Assembly: GCA_049852185.1 (NCBI GenBank)
Contig: CP187540.1
From: Methanocaldococcus sp. 28A
GTDB taxonomy: Archaea; AGJL01; Methanococci; Methanococcales; Methanocaldococcaceae
Strand: one strand, 5' to 3'
Length of the DNA: 64,000 nt
The notes under the pieces are model-generated. The model made no database searches and was not told the origin of the DNA. It worked only from the letters and a program-made list of their open reading frames with translations. The position numbers and the translations under genes were made by a program. Positions 57,055 to 64,000 of this stretch are shown here, piece after piece (the first letter of the stretch is position 1; each line of letters opens with the position of its first letter).

Positions 57055-57225
57055 GACTTTTATATATAGTTGTGTGCAAAACTATCTTAAATAAAATAAG
57101 GAATTAGTGAATGCCTTCCATAAGGAAGGCATTCAAATTGTCCTTATAAAAGTTTATTTTATTTTGCACACAACTATAATTTGGAATTTTGACTCCTTTA
57201 GGTATTTATATTCAATAACGTCCTA
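57052..57225. repeat. Family-B repeat (57065-57178) nested in a family-A repeat
   Basis: TAGGACTTT - [TATAGTTGTGTGC...GCACACAACTATA] - GAATTTTGACTCCTTTAGGT...ACGTCCTA. Confidence 0.8.
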
Positions 57226-57879
57226 TTTAACACTCTTCTCAATAAACTCTAAAACCTTATCAAATCCTTCCATTGTCTTTAAACTTAATAAAACAACTTC
57301 TGCTTCAGGATTTATTTTTTTAGCATCGTTTTTCATTTTATTTATGTTAGCTCCAACCGCCTCTGCCAAATCAATCTTATTGATTATTATTAAATCAGCT
57401 GTTTTCATAATTCCAGGATGTTTTTCTATTGTATCATCTCCTTCAGTTGTTGATACTACAACAATTCTTTTATGAGTCCCCAAATCAAAATCAGCTGGAC
57501 AGATTAAATTTCCAACGTTCTCTATAAATAATAAATCAATTTCTTCTAAGTTTAAATCCTCTAAGGCATGTCCTACTAAATGAGCATCTAAGTGGCATTC
57601 TTTACCTGTATTTAAAGGAACAACTTTAACCCCATGCTTTTCCATTCTTTCAGCGTCAAATTTTGCTATAACATCTCCAGCAATACATGCAATTCTATAT
57701 CTATCTTTTAAATTATCAATTAATTTTTCAATTAATAAGGTTTTTCCGCTACCAATAGCTCCCATAAAGTCAAATGCAACAACACCATGTTTATCTAATA
57801 GTTTTCTATTTTTATCAGCCAATCTTTTATTTGCCTTTAATATATCTTTGGCAATGTCTAAAATCCCTACAATGTGCAT
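57223..57879 (-). CDS. hypB: Hydrogenase nickel incorporation GTPase
   Basis: GAIGSGKT, ECHLDA, ENVGNLICPA, EGDD, NKIDL. Confidence 0.97.
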   Translation of the reverse strand: MHIVGILDIAKDILKANKRLADKNRKLLDKHGVVAFDFMGAIGSGKTLLIEKLIDNLKDRYRIACIAGDVIAKFDAERMEKHGVKVVPLNTGKECHLDAHLVGHALEDLNLEEIDLLFIENVGNLICPADFDLGTHKRIVVVSTTEGDDTIEKHPGIMKTADLIIINKIDLAEAVGANINKMKNDAKKINPEAEVVLLSLKTMEGFDKVLEFIEKSVK

Positions 57880-57896
57880 ATTATCACCAAAAAATT

Positions 57897-58547
57897 TTAT
57901 TCTTCTTCATCTTCTTCAACATCATCATAATTTGGATTCATCTTTTCATATAACTCATCAACTTCACTTTTCTTCTTCCATAACTCAAATTTAGTCCTTT
58001 TAATTTTTTGTCTCTCCCTTTCTAAAAACTTAAAAGTTTTTGCATGTGAAGCACCTCTTAAAAGCATTTCAACAGCCTCCTTAGCTATTTGAACTGGTTC
58101 ATGCTCTCCAACTATTGCAACTGTTTTTCCATAAACAGATACATTTGCTCCTGTTAGCTCCTCTATATACCTCCTTGACTTTCCTTCTTTACCAATTACT
58201 CTTCCTTTTAATCTTCTTACACCATTTTCAGAGCTTGTATAGTCTTCAATATCAATAACTTCTAAAATATATTCATCACTAACTAATTTTAGAGCAATTT
58301 CTGGATTAAACCCTCTGCCAATAGCTTTAACTATATCTTTCGCTTTCCAAACGGCTAAAGGGTCGTTCTGCTTATCAGTTCCATAAATGGTTACAGTTCC
58401 GTCTTCATCTATCTCTAACTTAACTCCCAACTCTTTTTCAATGGTTTTTTTAACATTTCCTTTTTTTCCTATTAAAACTCCAACTCTTTCTCTTGGAATT
58501 TTTAAAATCTCAATATTTTTATCTTGTCCAATATTTCCAAACACCAT
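57897..58547 (-). CDS. KH-domain pre-rRNA processing protein (Dim2/Pno1-like)
   Basis: GVLIGKKG, AIGRGF, RLKGRVIGKEGK. Confidence 0.9.
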   Translation of the reverse strand: MVFGNIGQDKNIEILKIPRERVGVLIGKKGNVKKTIEKELGVKLEIDEDGTVTIYGTDKQNDPLAVWKAKDIVKAIGRGFNPEIALKLVSDEYILEVIDIEDYTSSENGVRRLKGRVIGKEGKSRRYIEELTGANVSVYGKTVAIVGEHEPVQIAKEAVEMLLRGASHAKTFKFLERERQKIKRTKFELWKKKSEVDELYEKMNPNYDDVEEDEEE

Positions 58548-58622
58548 TTTTATCACCAAAAAATAAAAATTAAGATTTAAAATTAAATAGGACATTTGTA
58601 GGAATAAAGAGAAATTCTTAAT

Positions 58623-59480
58623 TTACAATTGCTTAATCATCGCCTCGTCAATTGGGTCAATCTCTTTTCCAGTTATATATTTATATAACTCCTTATAATT
58701 ACAATCTACTCTCTTTCTTCTAAAGAAATTGCATATATTTATGCAATCCCTAATTAATAGTGGATGAGCTAAGGGATGTTGAGTTATAACACTCTGAGAA
58801 AAATCTATAAATACAGGTTCATCATCTTTAACTAATATGTTGTATTCACTTAAATCTCCATGAACCAATTCTCCCTCTTCATAAAGCTTTTTCATACTCT
58901 CTTTTATGATTTTAAAATATCTCTCCCAATCTAAATCTTGTATATCTTTTAATTTAGGAGCAGGAATTCCCCTATAACCAACAAAATCCATAACTAATAC
59001 GTTTTCTCTCCTTAATCTTGCTTTTGGGGCATTGATAATTTCAGAAGCCCTTCTTAAATTTCTAAATTCTTTTTCAACCCATGCGTGGATTATCTGCCTT
59101 CTACTGCTCTTTCTTAAATGAAATCTTGGGTCTCCTTGTATGTATTTGCTCATTGTTTTAAAATCGCATGTAGCAACTCTATAAACTTTAACAGCTCTGT
59201 AAAACTTTCCTTTTCGTGCTTTAAATACAACTGCCTCTTTTCCAGAATTAACTATCCCTATATATTCCGTTAAATGCTTTCCAGCTAATAAACTAAATAG
59301 AGTCATTAAAGTTCTTTTATCAAAAACTTCATTAGCAGTCTTTAAATCTTCTAAAAACTTCTTTTCTTTTTCTAAAATTTCTTTTTGGTATTCTTTATCC
59401 AATTGAAATTCTTCCTTTTCAGTTAATAATTTATTTAATTCATAGAGTTCTTCATCAATGTTTTTAGCTATATCCATCAC
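58623..59480 (-). CDS. rio1: RIO1 serine kinase
   Basis: SGKEA, AVKVY, VHGDLSEYNIL, IDFSQ. Confidence 0.93.
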   Translation of the reverse strand: MMDIAKNIDEELYELNKLLTEKEEFQLDKEYQKEILEKEKKFLEDLKTANEVFDKRTLMTLFSLLAGKHLTEYIGIVNSGKEAVVFKARKGKFYRAVKVYRVATCDFKTMSKYIQGDPRFHLRKSSRRQIIHAWVEKEFRNLRRASEIINAPKARLRRENVLVMDFVGYRGIPAPKLKDIQDLDWERYFKIIKESMKKLYEEGELVHGDLSEYNILVKDDEPVFIDFSQSVITQHPLAHPLLIRDCINICNFFRRKRVDCNYKELYKYITGKEIDPIDEAMIKQL

Positions 59481-59482
59481 CT

Positions 59483-59788
59483 TTATAACAACTCATCTAA
59501 GTAACCTTTTCTTTTAAGCCATTCAACTTGTGTTTTTGTGTATCTCCAAATGATATCACACTTCTGGTCTCCTTGAACTTCCCATGGTTTTACAATAACG
59601 ATATCTCCCTCTCTAACCCAAATTCTATTCTTTAATCTTCCTGGAATTCTTCCTAATCTTGTTTTTCCATCTAAACATCTAACTCTAACTCTACTAGCCC
59701 CTAACATTTGCTCTATAATACCTAAAATCTCATTTTCTTCTTTTTTTGGAATTCTTACTCTAATTTGCTGTTCTTGTTGTTCTGTCAT
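59483..59788 (-). CDS. eif1a: Translation initiation factor aIF1A
   Basis: [30 protein letters not shown]. Confidence 0.96.
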   Translation of the reverse strand: MTEQQEQQIRVRIPKKEENEILGIIEQMLGASRVRVRCLDGKTRLGRIPGRLKNRIWVREGDIVIVKPWEVQGDQKCDIIWRYTKTQVEWLKRKGYLDELL

Positions 59789-59945
59789 TAGTATCACCTT
59801 TTTACTTTTTTGTGTTTTGATGTTAATAGTTTTATGAGATTTTATTAAAAATGAGTGTTTCAAAAACATAAATTTTTGTGTTATTAAAGTATTTATTTTA
59901 TATATTGCTCTCTGTATATATATATTTGTTCATAGTTTATTTAAA

Positions 59946-59993
59946 TATGACTTCCGCAGTTTATTATAGACATTTACTCCTGCAAAAGTCCTA
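59946..59993. repeat. Internally deleted family-A repeat
   Basis: TATGACTTCCGCAG...CTGCAAAAGTCCTA. Confidence 0.65.
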
Positions 59994-60022
59994 TTAATTT
60001 TCTTTATTGAAGGTGAGATAAA

Positions 60023-61099
60023 ATGATAAGTAGAGAAGAGGCTATTAACTTCCTTAATTCTACATCCTCCAAGAATATATTGGATAAATTAACTCAAATT
60101 AACAATTTATTTAAGAGGGAATATATAACTTACTCAAAAAACGTCTTCATTCCACTATCAAAGTGGTGCAGAAATAAATGTGGATACTGCATTTTTAGAG
60201 AAGATAAACCAAGTTTAATGAAACCAAATGAAGTTAAAGAAATCTTATTAAGAGGAGATAAGTTAGGTTGTAGAGAGGCTTTATTTACATTTGGGGAACA
60301 TGTGGATGAAAATAAAGAGATTAAAGAGCAGTTAAAATCTATGGGTTATGATAATATATTAGAATATCTCTACGATTTAGAGGAATGGACTTTAAATAAT
60401 ACTTCTTTATTACCTCATACAAATTGTGGAATCTTAAATTATGATGAGTTAAAGATGCTTAAGGAAGTTAATGCATCTATGGGTTTGATGTTAGAAAATG
60501 CTTCAGAAAGATTAATGAATACAGTAGCACACAAACACAGCCCTGGAAAGCATCCAAAGTTAAGGATAGAGATGATTGAAAATGCTGGAAAGTTAAAAAT
60601 TCCATTTACAACTGGTTTGTTAATTGGTATTGGAGAAACTAACGAGGAAATTGTTGATTCCCTCTTTAAAATAAAAGAAATCCATGAAAAGTATAAACAT
60701 ATTCAAGAAGTTATAATTCAAAACTTTAGAGCTAAGAAAGGCATACCTATGGAAAATTATAAAGAACCTTCTCCTATAAAAATGTTAAAAGTCATTATTT
60801 TAGCAAAGTTGATTTTAAAAGATATTTCCATCCAAATTCCTCCAAATTTAAATAGAGAAACAGGACAGTTATTTTTATTGGCAGGAGTTGATGATTGGGG
60901 TGGAGTTTCTCCACTAACAAAGGATTATGTTAATCCAGAGGCTGAGTGGCCAGAGATAGGAGAGTTGAGAGATTGGACTGAAGAATTAGGGTTTAAGTTA
61001 AAGATGAGACTCCCAGTCTATGATAAATATATAACTGAGGAATGGTTAAGTGAGAAAGTTTATAATAAGATTATTGAAATTGGATGGTTAAAGGAATAG
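60023..61099 (+). CDS. cofG: FO synthase subunit 1 (radical SAM)
   Basis: [38 protein letters not shown]. Confidence 0.96.
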   Translation: MISREEAINFLNSTSSKNILDKLTQINNLFKREYITYSKNVFIPLSKWCRNKCGYCIFREDKPSLMKPNEVKEILLRGDKLGCREALFTFGEHVDENKEIKEQLKSMGYDNILEYLYDLEEWTLNNTSLLPHTNCGILNYDELKMLKEVNASMGLMLENASERLMNTVAHKHSPGKHPKLRIEMIENAGKLKIPFTTGLLIGIGETNEEIVDSLFKIKEIHEKYKHIQEVIIQNFRAKKGIPMENYKEPSPIKMLKVIILAKLILKDISIQIPPNLNRETGQLFLLAGVDDWGGVSPLTKDYVNPEAEWPEIGELRDWTEELGFKLKMRLPVYDKYITEEWLSEKVYNKIIEIGWLKE

Positions 61100-61556
61100 C
61101 GTTCTCGATTATAGATAATTGCTTTTTTAAAATATCTTCATATCTATTTTTTAATATTTGTAGAGCTTTATAAGTTGATTTTCCATCTAAATACATAACT
61201 TCCTCTTTTCCTCTTTCCATATATTTAACATAAGCCATGTTTTCATCAAAACTTATAGTTAAAGATATAAACTTATTTGAACTTAAAATGTCTTTTAACA
61301 TCTCTTCATAGACATTATTACCACAAAATAAATTTAACTTAGCAATTTCATTTATATCCTCATCTTCAATAAGTTTTTTTATCTTTTCATACTCAGTAAT
61401 ACACAGCTCTAAATTATCCACCAACTCTTTAAAACTTTCAGCTCTTTCAATTAAACAAATTAATTTAATTTCAATTTTTCCTTTTCCTTTCCATCTCCAC
61501 TCTCTATTTTTCCAATCTTTAATTTTTTCTTTAAGTTCTTTGAGATTTATATCCAT
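61071..61556 (-). CDS. Hypothetical protein
   Basis: RBS GGTGA before ATG 61556; 161 aa. Confidence 0.65.
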   Translation of the reverse strand: MDINLKELKEKIKDWKNREWRWKGKGKIEIKLICLIERAESFKELVDNLELCITEYEKIKKLIEDEDINEIAKLNLFCGNNVYEEMLKDILSSNKFISLTISFDENMAYVKYMERGKEEVMYLDGKSTYKALQILKNRYEDILKKQLSIIENAIPLTIQFQ

Positions 61557-61635
61557 AATTTCACCAAAAAACCATAAAGTATTTATCCACATAAGTGGGA
61601 AATTATATCCTAATAAAATATTTTTAGGTGGAAAT

Positions 61636-62406
61636 ATGATTAAAATATTGGTTGATAACATAGCCTATAAAAAATTTTTTGCTCAACATGGATTTTCAGC
61701 TTTAGTAGAAGTTAATAATAAAAGAATTTTATTTGATGCAGGTCAAAACCCAATAACTCTGAGAGAAAACTTAAAATTGTTTAATGAAAAGGAAGGATTT
61801 GACTATATAGTTTTATCTCATGGACATTACGACCACTGCGATGGACTAAAATATGTCATAGAGAATGATTTAATTAATGGGAAGGTTATAGCTCACAAAG
61901 ATGCATTCTTAGATAAATACTCTGGCAATAGATATATTGGTATAGATAAAGAAATAAAGGATTATTTACTAAAAAAAGCTGATTTAAATATTATTGAAAA
62001 GCCTTATAGGATAGATAAAGATATTATTGTCTCAGGTTATATCAAAAGAGAACATGAATATGAAATGGAAGAATTTCAGTGTATTAAAGATGGGAAGAAA
62101 GTAAAAGATAATATAAACGATGATATGTTTTTAATAGCAAAAGGAATTTTGATAACAGGCTGTTCTCACAGTGGGATTATTAATGTAATTGAATATGGAA
62201 AAAAGTTAAGTGAAATTAGGGGAGTTTTAGGGGGTTTTCATTTAGTTAATGTGTCAGATAGCTATTTAAATAAAGTTGTTAATTATTTCAAATCCCAAAA
62301 ATTCTGGTTTATGCCTATGCATTGTACTGGATTTAAAGCTTTAACAAAATTATCTCAATTAAATAACTTTGTTTATGGACATGTTGGTAAAATCATTGAG
62401 ATTTAG
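61636..62406 (+). CDS. MBL-fold metallo-hydrolase
   Basis: HGFS, LFDAG, SHGHYDH, TGCSH.G, GGFH, HCTG. Confidence 0.9.
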   Translation: MIKILVDNIAYKKFFAQHGFSALVEVNNKRILFDAGQNPITLRENLKLFNEKEGFDYIVLSHGHYDHCDGLKYVIENDLINGKVIAHKDAFLDKYSGNRYIGIDKEIKDYLLKKADLNIIEKPYRIDKDIIVSGYIKREHEYEMEEFQCIKDGKKVKDNINDDMFLIAKGILITGCSHSGIINVIEYGKKLSEIRGVLGGFHLVNVSDSYLNKVVNYFKSQKFWFMPMHCTGFKALTKLSQLNNFVYGHVGKIIEI

Positions 62407-62415
62407 GGGTTAATT

Positions 62416-63267
62416 ATGAGAGATGTTGAAAAGCCATTGATTTTGAGTATTATTGGAAATCTTCTTTTAGGAGTAATAAAAATAATAGTGGGATATATTT
62501 ATTCAAGTATATCTTTAATTTCTGATGGGATACATTCGTTATCTGATGTTATAACAAGTGTTATAGGAATTATTGGTGTAAAAATAGCATCAAAGCCAGC
62601 TGATGAGTCTCATCCTTTTGGTCATTCAAGATTTGAATGCATATTCTCTTTTTTTATTGGTTTAGCTTTATTTTTTACAGCTTATGAAATTGGGAAATTT
62701 GCAGTAGAAAGAATTATTTATGGGAAAGTAATTGAGGTAAATACTATAATGATTGTAGTAGCTATTTTATCAATAATTGTTAATGAGTTAATGACTCAAT
62801 ACACTTTATTTGTTGGAAAAAAACTAAATAACCAAATTTTAATAGCAGATGCCTATCATCATAGAAGTGACGCTTTAAGTAGTATTGTAGTTTTAATTGG
62901 ATTGTTATTGCAAAAATTTGGAATCTGTTATGGAGATGCTATAGCTGGGATAATAGTAGCTTTTATGATAGCAAAAGTAGCTTATGATATATGTCTAACG
63001 AATATTCACTATCTAACTGGAAGAGCTCCATCTAAAGAGGTTTTTGAGGTTATTAAAAAAGAAGCTTTGAAGGTGGATAAAGTTATTGGAGTGCATGATA
63101 TAAAAGCTCATTATGTGGGACCAAAACTTCATGTTGAGTTACATGTAGAACTTCCTTCAAACATTTCAGCAAAAGAGATGCATGATATTGAGGTAGAGGT
63201 TAAAAATAGATTAGAAAGCTTAGATAATATTGAGAAAGCTTATGTTCATGTGGATATTGTTGATTAA
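62416..63267 (+). CDS. Cation diffusion facilitator transporter
   Basis: DGIHSLSD, HPFGH.R.E, HHRSD, HVE, HVD. Confidence 0.95.
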   Translation: MRDVEKPLILSIIGNLLLGVIKIIVGYIYSSISLISDGIHSLSDVITSVIGIIGVKIASKPADESHPFGHSRFECIFSFFIGLALFFTAYEIGKFAVERIIYGKVIEVNTIMIVVAILSIIVNELMTQYTLFVGKKLNNQILIADAYHHRSDALSSIVVLIGLLLQKFGICYGDAIAGIIVAFMIAKVAYDICLTNIHYLTGRAPSKEVFEVIKKEALKVDKVIGVHDIKAHYVGPKLHVELHVELPSNISAKEMHDIEVEVKNRLESLDNIEKAYVHVDIVD

Positions 63268-63273
63268 TTTTAA

Positions 63274-63350
63274 TAAGACTTTCGCACTTTATATATGTAG
63301 CTATGATGCCAAAGGCATCAGCTACCTTAATTAATATTTATTCCTACGAA
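63274..63350. repeat. Family-A repeat truncated at its right TIR
   Basis: TAAGACTTTCGCAC, hairpin GATGCC-AAA-GGCATC, ends ATTTATTCCTACGAA. Confidence 0.8.
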
Positions 63351-63841
63351 GAGTGTGTCTAAAATCAAGTAATATTTTATATATTAATTTATATATTAAT
63401 ACTACAAAATAAAAAAATATGGTAACGAAAAGATGGAACTCTAAGATAGATAATATAAACGAGATATTAGAAGTTTTTGATGAGATTATAGAGGATATTA
63501 AATTCTTATGGAGAGGGATATTTTTATAATTATGAAGAATACGATGACAAGAATACATTAAATAAAATAGTTAAATTCAACTACAAGCCAATAATAAAGA
63601 AAACAAAAAGAGGTAGTAAGAGCTATGGTGCTAAAATTAGGGATAAAATCTTCGATAAAAAAGAATATAATAAAAGAGGAATATACGAGGGTTTCTTCGG
63701 AGCTTTAACCAACATATTCGGAGATAAATTGAATACTTTCTTAACTTCGATTTCTATTACTCGAATCGCTATCTGGGTTTGCATATATTCTTTAATCATG
63801 TTGCTGAGGTATCGTATGTAAGTCCTATTTTAGACACACTC
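63351..63841 (+). mobile_element. Internally deleted IS5-like element
   Basis: Perfect 15-bp TIR GAGTGTGTCTAAAAT / ATTTTAGACACACTC; remnant EYDD...KPIIK...FDKKEYNKRGIYEGFFGAL (YxxRxxxE motif). Confidence 0.8.
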
Positions 63842-63844
63842 CTC

Positions 63845-63903
63845 TAAATATTTATCCATAAATGTCTATCTTTGTCTATAAAAAATTAATCTGTTTCAAA
63901 CGG
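63845..63903 (-). mobile_element. Left end of a second IS607-like element copy
   Basis: 45/54 ungapped identity with 45678-45731; ATAGACA/ATAGACA/ATGGATA repeats at 10-bp spacing. Confidence 0.75.
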
Positions 63904-64000
63904 CAGTTTCTTTATCAAAACCATCAATTAATATATATTTAGCTCTACCATCAAGCATAGCCACATTATAAACCTTCTCAATAAACAAACTATCAGAGCT
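63896..64000 (-). CDS. 3' end of a gene entering from the window edge, apparently truncated by the IS607-like end
   Basis: [34 protein letters not shown]; the TGA lies inside the element end. Confidence 0.5.
   Translation of the reverse strand, partial: SSDSLFIEKVYNVAMLDGRAKYILIDGFDKETAV

Noticed and set aside
57107-57475. 122-aa plus-strand ORF
   Set aside because: Starts inside a repeat and is antisense to hypB
63331-63558. 75-aa minus-strand ORF
   Set aside because: Antisense to the transposase remnant; no RBS or motif

Overview
AT-rich hyperthermophilic methanogen chromosome, Methanocaldococcus-like: GGTGA ribosome-binding sites, very GC-rich rRNA and proteins that resemble M. jannaschii MJ1117-1123, MJ0034-0047, MJ0250-0240 and MJ0405-0449 (locus numbers recalled, not searched). 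It holds a minus-strand 16S-tRNA-Ala-23S-5S operon followed by type M RNase P RNA, a box C/D guide RNA, about 65 mostly housekeeping genes, an intein in an EndoQ-like gene, four decayed DDE transposase remnants and many short palindromic MITE-like repeats. No CRISPR array was seen. Top finding: a ~286-bp non-autonomous IS607/TnpB-type element (45680-45967) cleanly interrupts a HEPN-like gene at a CC/GG dinucleotide. It keeps a promoter and an omegaRNA/HgcC-like structured RNA whose putative guide would read into the host gene, and a second copy of its left end lies at 63852-63905. Also notable are two K-turn RNAs upstream of an AUA-initiated eL41 gene, a pair of co-varying hairpins at 43701-43758, and repeat termini shared with IS701/ISH3-like remnants that also supply stop codons to host genes.
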